This document shows positions 1-7,767 of a DNA stretch of 64,000 bases, in pieces. A program made the translations under genes and the position numbers. The stretch's first letter is position 1. Each line of letters starts with the position of its first letter. This DNA comes from Acidobacteriota bacterium (GTDB lineage: Bacteria > Acidobacteriota > Polarisedimenticolia > J045). The notes under the pieces were generated by a model. That model did no database searches and was not told where the DNA came from. It saw only the letters and a list, made by a program, of their open reading frames with translations. The stretch lies in NCBI GenBank assembly GCA_003696075.1, contig RFHH01000164.1, positions 12,749 to 76,748 on the forward strand, written 5' to 3'.

Positions 1-387
1 GGACTCGTTGCCGCCGCCCACCGCCATGCCGTTCAGCCGGGCGATCGTCACCTTGCCGCTTTTCACGATGCTCTCGATGTAGCGGCTGAACAGGCTCATG
101 TACTTCCAGTAATCCCGCGGGCGCTGCGTGTAGACGGCGGCGTACTCCTTGACGTCGCCTCCGGTGCAGAAGGCCTTGTCTCCCGCTCCGGTGAACACGA
201 TCACCCCGACCTTGTCGTCGTGCGAGGCGTCGGTGAAGGCGGCCGTCAGCTCGCGAAGGGTGTTCGTCGTGTAGGCGTTGTACGCGTGCGGCCGGTTGAT
301 GGTGATCCTCGCCACCATGTCCCGCTTTTCGTAGAGGATATCCTTGAAGTCGAACTCTTCCGCCGGCTTCGAAGCAAAGTACTCCAT
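1..387 (-). CDS. Enoyl-CoA hydratase/isomerase (crotonase) family protein, MenB/BadI-like; N-terminal part only, gene continues off the window
   Basis: The reverse-strand translation MEYFASKPAEEFDFKDILYEKRDMVARITINRPHAYNAY...VIVFTGAGDKAFCTGGDVKEY...NGMAVGGGNE carries crotonase-fold oxyanion-hole motifs. An ATG at 385-387 is preceded by a GGAGGAGGG Shine-Dalgarno sequence. Confidence 0.8.
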   Translation of the reverse strand, partial: MEYFASKPAEEFDFKDILYEKRDMVARITINRPHAYNAYTTNTLRELTAAFTDASHDDKVGVIVFTGAGDKAFCTGGDVKEYAAVYTQRPRDYWKYMSLFSRYIESIVKSGKVTIARLNGMAVGGGNES

Positions 388-408
388 CGGTCGCCCTCCT
401 CCGATTTC

Positions 409-1626
409 TCAGTGCACGGTCACTCGGATCACCAGCGCCGCCGCGCTGTCGCCCGCGGCGCACCCCGTGAACAGGCCGTAACCCCCGCCCGCGCCCGCGA
501 GGTCCTCGATCAGCTCCATCAGGGCGCGCAGACCCGTCGGGCCCTGGGGGTGGCCCCAGATGAGCGAACATCCGTAGCGGTTCATCTTCTCCGGGTCGAT
601 CCCCAGCTCGCGCGCCAGGTAGACGTCGTTGACGGCGAACGGCACGTGGGTCGTCACGGCGGTGAGGTCCGCGACGTCGATGCCCGCCGCCTCGAGGGCC
701 TTCCGCGAGGCGGGAACGTTGGCCATCGGCATCAGCCCCTTGCCGACGCGGGCCTGCGCGAACGCGAGCACGCGGATCTCGATGGCGGGATCGCGGCTCA
801 GCTCCTTGGCAGCCTCCTTGCCGCAAATCAGCATCCCGGCGTTGCCGTCGGCGGGGTAGGTCTGGGTGCCGAAGGTGACCGTTCCTCCGGGAAGAACCGG
901 CTTCAGTTTCTGGAGCCCTTCTCGCGTGGTGGGATAGACCCCTTCGTCTCCCTCCACGGTCGCCACGACCTTCCGCCCGCGGGGATCCCTGACCTCGACG
1001 GGAAGGAGCATGTACCGGCGCTGGAAAGCGGCGCCGTCGGCGAGCGCCCGCTGATATTGCCGGTGGCGCAGCAGCGTGAGCTCCTCCTGTTCCTCGCGGC
1101 TGATGCCGGCCTCCTTCGCCACGTTCTCCGCGGTCTGGATCATCGAGTTCTTGGCGAAGGGGTCGTGACCGAAGCTGTCCAGGACCCAGTCCTCGTGCTC
1201 ACCCGTTCCGCCCGGACCGGCGGGGTTCGGGTAGTAGACGTGCGGGCCGTTGCTCGTGCGGTCGGCGGCCACCGCGAGAAAAACCTTCGACTGGCCGGTA
1301 GCGACCTCCTGGGCGCCCAGGGCGACGCAACGGGCGGACGTCGCGCAGGCCTGGTTGATCGTCGGTCCGGTGAGCGTCTCGAGACCGGCCAGGCCGGCGA
1401 GCCACGGTGCGCCGTAGAACGAATGGTGCGACGGGATCGTCAGCCCCAGACAGAGGCCGTCGATCCGCTTGCGGTCGATCTCTCGCTCCTCGAGCGCCCT
1501 GCGGGTCATCTCCGCGGCGAACGGAATCGGCGGCAGCGTGGCGAAGCTGCCCTGCCATTTGCAGAACGGCGTCGACCAGTAGCCGCCGTAGGGGATGTAG
1601 ACATTGTCGAATGCGGCCACTTTCAC
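409..1626 (-). CDS. Thiolase-family acyl-CoA C-acyltransferase
   Basis: The 405-aa ORF has thiolase hallmarks: an N-terminal nucleophile region (INQACATSARCV) and the C-terminal motifs GHPQGPTG and GCAAGD. Confidence 0.8.
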   Translation of the reverse strand: MKVAAFDNVYIPYGGYWSTPFCKWQGSFATLPPIPFAAEMTRRALEEREIDRKRIDGLCLGLTIPSHHSFYGAPWLAGLAGLETLTGPTINQACATSARCVALGAQEVATGQSKVFLAVAADRTSNGPHVYYPNPAGPGGTGEHEDWVLDSFGHDPFAKNSMIQTAENVAKEAGISREEQEELTLLRHRQYQRALADGAAFQRRYMLLPVEVRDPRGRKVVATVEGDEGVYPTTREGLQKLKPVLPGGTVTFGTQTYPADGNAGMLICGKEAAKELSRDPAIEIRVLAFAQARVGKGLMPMANVPASRKALEAAGIDVADLTAVTTHVPFAVNDVYLARELGIDPEKMNRYGCSLIWGHPQGPTGLRALMELIEDLAGAGGGYGLFTGCAAGDSAAALVIRVTVH

Positions 1627-1638
1627 CCTCCTCCTCGA

Positions 1639-2547
1639 TCACGTGCCCCGTTCCGCCTCCGCGGGGCGCAGCGCCGCGGGTCGGAACTGCTCGCTCATCT
1701 TTTCGATTTTCCGCCGCCCGTAGCGAACCGCCTGGATCTCCGCCGCGATCGCCAGGGCGATCTCCCCGGGCGTTCGCCCGCCGAGATCGAGCCCGATCGG
1801 CGCGTGGACGCGAGCCAGGCGGCGCCGGGCCTCCTCGCTCGTCGCGACCGCCCGGAAGAGCCGCGCGACCTTGGCCCGGCTCCCGATCATGCCCAGGTAG
1901 GCCCAGGGTCGCGGCAAGCAGGCGCGCAGGACCGCCTCGTCCTCGGTGTGCCCGTGTGTGACGATGACCGCGTAGGTCCGCTCGTCGAAGGGCAGTTCCG
2001 CGATCACTTCCTGGAACGGCCCCTCCCGCAGCTCCACCTCCGCGGGAAACCGGTCCCGCACCGCGAAGCCGGGCCGCGGATCGACCACCGTCACGCGGAA
2101 GCCCGCACCCGCGGCGATGGGGGCCAGCGCGCGGCCGATGTGACCGGCGCCGAAGATGAACAGCTTCGGGCGCGGGAGCGCCGGCTGGATGAAGAAGTCG
2201 GTCTTCCCGGTGCAGGCCTTGTCGAGGTTCTGTTCCGGGCCGCCGGAGAAATCGTAGTGGAGGAGCCGGGCCCTTCCGTCCCGCAGCGCCTCGAGGGCCT
2301 GTTCGATGACGAGCAGCTCCAGGCTCCCCCCGCCCACGGTGCCAACGATGCTGCCGTCGGCCCGGACGGCCATGGCGCCGCCCATGCCTCGCGGCGCCGA
2401 ACCTTCCGCGTCGACCACCGTGACGAGAGCGACCGGGCGGCCGGCGTCGGCGAGGCGCACGAACTCGCGGTAGGCGTCCAGTTCGACCTGCTCGCGACCG
2501 TCGGAGATCCGGCGGAGCGGATCGTGCGGATCAACTCGCCCGCGCAT
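1639..2547 (-). CDS. xdhC: XdhC/CoxI-family molybdenum-cofactor insertion accessory protein
   Basis: The motifs VALVTVVDAEGSAPRGMGGAMAV...GTVGGGSLE and the Rossmann-like stretch IFGAGHIGRALA are typical of XdhC. The start was chosen at MRGR; the track ORF extends to 2583. Confidence 0.75.
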   Translation of the reverse strand: MRGRVDPHDPLRRISDGREQVELDAYREFVRLADAGRPVALVTVVDAEGSAPRGMGGAMAVRADGSIVGTVGGGSLELLVIEQALEALRDGRARLLHYDFSGGPEQNLDKACTGKTDFFIQPALPRPKLFIFGAGHIGRALAPIAAGAGFRVTVVDPRPGFAVRDRFPAEVELREGPFQEVIAELPFDERTYAVIVTHGHTEDEAVLRACLPRPWAYLGMIGSRAKVARLFRAVATSEEARRRLARVHAPIGLDLGGRTPGEIALAIAAEIQAVRYGRRKIEKMSEQFRPAALRPAEAERGT

Positions 2548-3184
2548 CCGCCACCTCCCGGCCCTCCAGTGCCCGGCGGACATCCCCGGGACGGTTGAGG
2601 TTGTCCAGGACGGCCCGATCGAGGACCTCGAGCCGCACCGGTGTTCGGCCCCCCGACCGCATCAGCTCGCGCAGGTGTCCCCGGTCGGGGGCCGACGCGA
2701 GCCTCTCGAGCGTCGGGCGGCCCAGGACGACCGGGTGCCCGCCGCGCCCGCGGTAGACCGGCACCACGTCGGCACCGGGCCGCCGCCGCGCCGCACCGGC
2801 GAGGGCGGCGACCGTCTCCGTCGCCACCGCCGGGCAGTCCACCGGCCAGAGCACCAGCGCGAGCGGACGGGTAGCGTGGCCGGCCCGGGTCAGCGCCCAC
2901 CGAGCCGCGAGCCGCACGGAAGTGAAGCGGCCCCGGTCCGCGTGAGGGTTGACGAGGGGGAACCCGCCGGCGCGGAGAGCTTCGATGCGCACGGCCTCGG
3001 CGCCAGGAGCGACCACGACCGCCGGGCGGAGGATCCCCGCCGCGCGGAGCGTGTGCAGGATGGTCCCGAGGAAAGTTCCGCCGTTCCAGGCGACCAGCGG
3101 CTTCGGGACGCCCATGCGTGCCGAGTGGCCGGCGGCGGTGATCGCCGCAAGGACGAGGAGATCGCCGCCCGTGCGGGTTCGCAC
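2531..3184 (-). CDS. MobA/MocA-like molybdenum-cofactor nucleotidyltransferase, probable MCD-forming cytidylyltransferase
   Basis: LLVLAAITAAGHSARMGVPKPL is the N-terminal NTP-transferase motif of the MobA family. A GTG start at 3182-3184 lies 6 nt downstream of GGAGGA and directly after the TetR stop. The location next to XdhC suggests a MocA-type role. Confidence 0.6.
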   Translation of the reverse strand: MRTRTGGDLLVLAAITAAGHSARMGVPKPLVAWNGGTFLGTILHTLRAAGILRPAVVVAPGAEAVRIEALRAGGFPLVNPHADRGRFTSVRLAARWALTRAGHATRPLALVLWPVDCPAVATETVAALAGAARRRPGADVVPVYRGRGGHPVVLGRPTLERLASAPDRGHLRELMRSGGRTPVRLEVLDRAVLDNLNRPGDVRRALEGREVADARAS

Positions 3185-3186
3185 CG

Positions 3187-3831
3187 TCAGCTCCTCCCCC
3201 GCGCCACCGCGCGCACGCCGTGGAGCACGAGATCGACGACCTCGTCGGCAAGAGCGTCGACCGGGCCGTCCCGTTCGGGGTCGAACCACATGAAAATCCA
3301 GTTCAGGCTGCCGAAGACGAACAGCGTGGCGTGCCGGACGGCCCGGTCCGTTTCCGGGTTCCCGCCGTCACGCCCCATCAGCTCCGCGATCACGCCGGCC
3401 GCCAGGCGGTAGTACCGGCGCCGAACCGCCTCGATCTCGCGGTACGCCTCCTCGCTCAGCGACTCGAGCTCGAAGGTGCAGACCTTCAGTTCGTTGAAAT
3501 GCTCGACGAAGAAGCCGAGATGGCCCCTGACGAACCGGCGGAGCCGTTCCTCCGCTGTTCCGCCGCGGGCGAGTGCCTCCTGCTGCTGCTCCAGGAGCGA
3601 GGTGAACGTCCTCAACTGGATCTGGAACAGCAGATCCTCTTTGCTCTTGAAGTAGTAGTACATGCCGGCCAGGCTGTAGCCGGTGGCCCGCGCCACGTCG
3701 CGGATCGTCGTCTGGCTGAAGCCCTGCCGCGCCATCAGCTCGGCCGCGGCGGCGAGGAGGCGGTCGAGCTTCTGCTCCGTCCGCGACGGCTCCGCCTCGC
3801 CCTGTGGCGTCGGGCCCGCATCCTGGCTCAT
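3187..3831 (-). CDS. TetR/AcrR-family transcriptional regulator
   Basis: The N-terminal helix-turn-helix RLLAAAAELMARQGFSQTTIRDVARATGYSLAGMYYYF and the 214-aa size fit the TetR family. Confidence 0.85.
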   Translation of the reverse strand: MSQDAGPTPQGEAEPSRTEQKLDRLLAAAAELMARQGFSQTTIRDVARATGYSLAGMYYYFKSKEDLLFQIQLRTFTSLLEQQQEALARGGTAEERLRRFVRGHLGFFVEHFNELKVCTFELESLSEEAYREIEAVRRRYYRLAAGVIAELMGRDGGNPETDRAVRHATLFVFGSLNWIFMWFDPERDGPVDALADEVVDLVLHGVRAVARGRS

Positions 3832-3847
3832 GCCGCCCCCCCGGCCG

Positions 3848-6703
3848 TCATCGCTTCTTCTTCTCCAGCTCGGCCAGCCCGCGCAGGATCTTCTCCGGCG
3901 TGATCGGCAGCGACGTCACCCTCACACCGGTCGCGTCGTAGATGGCGTTGGCGATCGCGGGGATCACGGGTAGCAGGCATCCCTCCCCGATCTCCTTGGC
4001 GCCGAAGGGCCCGCGCGGCTCGTAGCTCTCCACCGCCTTCGTCATGATCTTCGGGGTCTCGCAGATCGTCGGGACCAGATAATCGTGAAGGGTGGGATTG
4101 ATCAGCTCGCCCCGCTCGTCGGCCAGCGTGTCCTCGAGAAGGGTCTCTCCGAGGCCCATGACGATGCCGCCCTCGACCTGGCCGTGGAACGTGACCGGGT
4201 TGATCACGGTACCGGCGTCGCTGAAGTCGGTGAAACGGTCCACCTGGACGTAACCCGTCTCGAGGTCGACCGTCACTTCCGCCACCGCGGTGGAGAAACT
4301 GTAGGCCGGCGAGGTGCCGACGGTCCCGCCCTTGAAATCCCCGCCGAGGTTCTTCGGCGGTTGGTAGTAGCCGGTGCCCACCACCGGTCCGCTCTGGGAG
4401 AAGGCGATCCGGGCCGCCTCGGCCCATTCCATGCCGACGTCGGGGTGCTCCGCGACGAAGATCCGCCCGTTTCTCGCCACCAGCGCCCCGGGGTCGCAGC
4501 CAAGCTTCCGGCCGGCCACCTGCAGCAGCTTCCGGCGGACCTCGGCTGCCGCCATGCGGACGGCATTGCCACCCATCAGCGTGACGCGGCTCGAGTACGA
4601 GCCGAGATCCGTGGGGCTCAGGACCGAATCGCAGTCCACCAGCCATACCCGGTCGTACGGGATCCCGAGCTCCTCGGCGGCGATCTGCGTCAGGATGGTG
4701 TCGCAACCCTGGCCGATCTCGGCGGCCGCGATGTGAAGCGAGACCCCCGTGCCGTCCTCGTGGACGCGAATCATCGCGTTCGAGTGGGGGAAATCGGAGC
4801 GGTAGATCGGATACCCGGCACCGGAGACGAAACCGCCGCAGCCGACGCCGATTCCCTTTCCGCGCGGCAGCTTGCCCTTCTTCTCCCGCCAGCCGCTCGC
4901 CTCCCTCGCCCGTTCGAGGGTCGCCTTGAACTCGCAGGAGGAGATATCGAGCGCGTTGCAGGTGCGCGTGTTCGGCTCCATCGCGTTGCGCAGCCGGATC
5001 TCGAAGGGATCGAGCCCGAGATCCTCCGCGATCATGTCGAGGAGGCACTCGAACGCGAACCTCGGCTGCGGAACGCCGTGCCCGCGCATGGCCCCACTCG
5101 CGGGCAAGTTCGTGTAGACGCGGAACCCGTCGTACTTGAAATTCGGGATCTTGTACAGCGTCGGCAGCATCGAGCCGGCGTAGTAGGCGGTGATCACCCC
5201 GAACGACGTGTAGGCCCCTCCGTCGAGGATGGTCCGCGACTGGACGGCGGTGATCGTGCCGTCCTTCTTGACGCCGACCTTGAGATCGACGATCTGCTTG
5301 TGGCGCCCGCGGAAGTGGAGGAACATCTCCCTCCGCGAGTACTTCATCATCACGGGCCGGCCGGTTCTCTTCGCCAGAATCGCGGCGCAGAAGTCGAGCG
5401 GTGTCGTCTCCGCCTTCCCTCCGAAGCCGCCGCCCACCGCCGGCTTGATCACCCGGATGTCGCCTTTCGGCACCCCGAGAACGCGGGAGAGCATGTGCTG
5501 CACGTAGTGCGGCACCTGCGTCGCCGACCAGAGCGTCAGCTTGGAGCCGTGGTGTTCCCAGCGGGCGAGCGCCGCGTGCGGCTCGATCGGCGCCTGGTAG
5601 GTGCGGTTCCCGACGAACCTCTCCTCCCGGATGTGGTCGGCCTCGGCGAAGCCGCGCTCCACGTCGCCGAAGTGCCACTCCACCCGCGTGTTGATGTTCC
5701 GCGCGAACCGGGGGTTCTCCGGGTGGATCAGCGGGGCGTCGGGCTCCATCGCCTTCTCGGCGTCGAACACCGCCGGGAGCTCCTCGTACTCCACCTCGAT
5801 CAGCTCGAGGGCCCTCTCGGCCGTCTCCTCGTCGACGGCCGCCACGGCGGCGACCTCGTCGCCGACGTAACGGACACGGTCCTTGGCCAGAACGTGCTCG
5901 TCGTACCTCGCCGGGCTCACGCCGTAGGTCACGTCGGGGACGTCCGCGCCGGTGATCACGTCGACCACGCCGGGGAGCTCCCGCGCCCGGCTCGTGTCGA
6001 TACGCTTGATCAATCCGTGCGGGATGGGGCTGCCCAGGATCTTCCCGTAGAGCATCCCGGGCAGCCGGAGATCCGCCGTGTACTTCGCCCGCCCGGTGAC
6101 CTTGTCCGGCGCGTCGTAGCGCGGCACGCCCCGGCTGACCACCTCCAGATCGCGCTCCTGGTCGCGTTCCCGATCGTCGAGGGGCGCGGTGTCGAGCGGT
6201 TCCTTCGCGAACGAGCGCCAGTCCCGAACGGCCCGGATGATGCGCTCGTACGTGCCGCACCGGCACAGGTTGCCCGCGAGCGCCTCCCGGATCTCCTCCT
6301 CGCTCGGGTCGGGATTCCGGTCGATCAAGGCCTTCGCGGCCATGATCATCCCCGGCGTGCAGAAACCGCACTGAAGCGCACCGTGCTTGACGAATGCCTT
6401 CTGCAACGGGTGGAGATCGCCGCCCCGCGACAGGCCCTCGATCGTCACGACCTCCGATCCCTCGGCATCGGCGGCGAGGACCAGGCAGGAGGCGACCGGA
6501 TCGCCGTTCATCAGGACGGTGCACGCCCCGCAGTCGCCCATGCCGCACCCGTCCTTCGTCCCGGTGAGACCCAGCTCCTCCCTCAGGAGCTGCTGGAGCG
6601 TGGTGTTGGGCTTCACCGCGAGCGTGTGCGGCTGTCCGTTGACCGTCAGCGAGACCATCACCCGCCCGGTCGCCTGGCCCCCGTCCGTCGGACGAACGCT
6701 CAT
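3848..6703 (-). CDS. Xanthine-dehydrogenase-family molybdoenzyme subunit with an N-terminal [2Fe-2S] domain fused to the molybdopterin-binding large domain
   Basis: After MSVRPTDGG the protein has plant-type and four-helix 2Fe-2S motifs ([11 protein letters not shown]; CGFCTPGM; CRCGTY), then continues without a stop into an aldehyde-oxidase/CoxL-like Mo domain. The ATG at 6701-6703 overlaps the upstream gene's stop (ATGA). The upstream part of the 1399-aa track ORF is run-on in another gene's region. Confidence 0.85.
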   Translation of the reverse strand: MSVRPTDGGQATGRVMVSLTVNGQPHTLAVKPNTTLQQLLREELGLTGTKDGCGMGDCGACTVLMNGDPVASCLVLAADAEGSEVVTIEGLSRGGDLHPLQKAFVKHGALQCGFCTPGMIMAAKALIDRNPDPSEEEIREALAGNLCRCGTYERIIRAVRDWRSFAKEPLDTAPLDDRERDQERDLEVVSRGVPRYDAPDKVTGRAKYTADLRLPGMLYGKILGSPIPHGLIKRIDTSRARELPGVVDVITGADVPDVTYGVSPARYDEHVLAKDRVRYVGDEVAAVAAVDEETAERALELIEVEYEELPAVFDAEKAMEPDAPLIHPENPRFARNINTRVEWHFGDVERGFAEADHIREERFVGNRTYQAPIEPHAALARWEHHGSKLTLWSATQVPHYVQHMLSRVLGVPKGDIRVIKPAVGGGFGGKAETTPLDFCAAILAKRTGRPVMMKYSRREMFLHFRGRHKQIVDLKVGVKKDGTITAVQSRTILDGGAYTSFGVITAYYAGSMLPTLYKIPNFKYDGFRVYTNLPASGAMRGHGVPQPRFAFECLLDMIAEDLGLDPFEIRLRNAMEPNTRTCNALDISSCEFKATLERAREASGWREKKGKLPRGKGIGVGCGGFVSGAGYPIYRSDFPHSNAMIRVHEDGTGVSLHIAAAEIGQGCDTILTQIAAEELGIPYDRVWLVDCDSVLSPTDLGSYSSRVTLMGGNAVRMAAAEVRRKLLQVAGRKLGCDPGALVARNGRIFVAEHPDVGMEWAEAARIAFSQSGPVVGTGYYQPPKNLGGDFKGGTVGTSPAYSFSTAVAEVTVDLETGYVQVDRFTDFSDAGTVINPVTFHGQVEGGIVMGLGETLLEDTLADERGELINPTLHDYLVPTICETPKIMTKAVESYEPRGPFGAKEIGEGCLLPVIPAIANAIYDATGVRVTSLPITPEKILRGLAELEKKKR

Positions 6704-7578
6704 CGTCCCGCCTCCACCGCCCGAGCCGACGCCTCCTCCAGCGCCCTCCGGGTGAGCACCTCCACCAGCCGCCGCCGGAATTCCGCCGAGCCGCGCACGT
6801 CGCAGATCGGCCGCGCCTCCTCCGCGGCGGCCCGCGCCGCCTTGGCGAAGATCTCCGGGCCGGGCCGCCCTCCCTCGAGTTCGCGCGCGGCGGCGCGGGC
6901 GAGCAGCGGCGTCGGGGCGACCGCACCGAGGGCGATGCGCGCGCCCGCGATCGTTCCCGAGGAGATCACCAGGCGGACGGCCACCGACGCCACGGCGACC
7001 GCCGAGCCTCGCCGGAGACCGAACCGCTGGAAGGACGCCCCCGCGCCCGCCGGCTGGGGCGGTATCCGGATCTCGGCGAGGATCTCGCCTTGCCGGAGAG
7101 CGGTCTGCCGCGGCCCGGTGAACAGATCCTCGGCGGGGATCTCCCGCGAGCCCTCCGGCCCGGCGATCCGCACCGAGGCCTCGCCCACCAGGCAGGGCGG
7201 CGGCGTGTCGGCACACGGGACCGCGCCGCAGAAGTTGCCGCCGATCGTCGCCCGGCTCCGGATCTGCTCGCTGCCGAGAAGCGCGGCGGCTTCGGCGAGC
7301 ACCGGGAACTGTTCGCGGACCAGAGGTGAGCGCGCCACGTCCCGGATCGTCGTCAGCGCGCCGATGACGAGCGTCCCGCTCTCGACGCGGATTCCGCGCA
7401 GCTCGTCGAGACGCGCGAGGGAGATGACATCGCTCGGCACCGGCTCGCCGGGCTTGCGCCGGACGAGAAGTTCCGTGCCCCCCGCCAGAACACGCGCCCG
7501 GTCGCCGAGTTCGCGCGCGAGTCTGCAGGCCTCGGCGAGACTCTCCGGGCGGTGGTAGCGCTCGATCGGCAACCGCAT
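6700..7578 (-). CDS. FAD-binding medium subunit (CoxM/XdhB-like) of the molybdoenzyme
   Basis: MRLPIERYHRPESLAEACRLARELGDRARVLAGGTELL is the canonical FAD-binding N-terminus of CO-dehydrogenase / xanthine-dehydrogenase medium subunits. The start is at the internal Met of the track ORF, and the stop overlaps the next gene's ATG. Confidence 0.85.
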   Translation of the reverse strand: MRLPIERYHRPESLAEACRLARELGDRARVLAGGTELLVRRKPGEPVPSDVISLARLDELRGIRVESGTLVIGALTTIRDVARSPLVREQFPVLAEAAALLGSEQIRSRATIGGNFCGAVPCADTPPPCLVGEASVRIAGPEGSREIPAEDLFTGPRQTALRQGEILAEIRIPPQPAGAGASFQRFGLRRGSAVAVASVAVRLVISSGTIAGARIALGAVAPTPLLARAAARELEGGRPGPEIFAKAARAAAEEARPICDVRGSAEFRRRLVEVLTRRALEEASARAVEAGR

Positions 7579-7630
7579 GGCGCAGGCTCCCACCGGCCCC
7601 ACCGCGGGGCGGACGCGGCGAAGACTCGAA

Positions 7631-7640
7631 CGAACGTTCG
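7631..7640. promoter_or_regulatory. Perfect 10-bp palindrome CGAACGTTCG in the divergent intergenic region; candidate operator, possibly for the locus TetR
   Basis: The sequence equals its own reverse complement. It lies about 50 nt upstream of the FAD-subunit start and within a 190-bp divergent promoter region. Confidence 0.3.
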
Positions 7641-7700
7641 ACAGGATAGGCTTTCGAGTAACCGCCCGCAACAGGGCGGATCGTTGCGTCCGGGCGCGGG

Positions 7701-7729
7701 TTGACAGGGTTGGAACGGCGGGTTATCCA
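7701..7729 (+). promoter_or_regulatory. Sigma-70-like promoter candidate for the BNR gene (TTGACA, 17-nt spacer, TATCCA)
   Basis: A consensus -35 hexamer lies at 7701-7706 and a -10-like TATCCA at 7724-7729, about 38 nt upstream of the ATG at 7768. Confidence 0.35.
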
Positions 7730-7767
7730 GGGGCGGGGAACCGGGTGGAGTCGGCGGGAGACTCTCG

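Noticed and set aside
220-2598. Long plus-strand ORFs antisense to real genes (for example 220-2598, 4085-7558, 15462-17783, 28318-29487, 55354-58272)
   Set aside because: Their composition is dominated by Arg, Gly, Pro, Asp and Ala, with no recognisable motifs. Each lies opposite a strongly supported gene. They are classic high-GC shadow ORFs.
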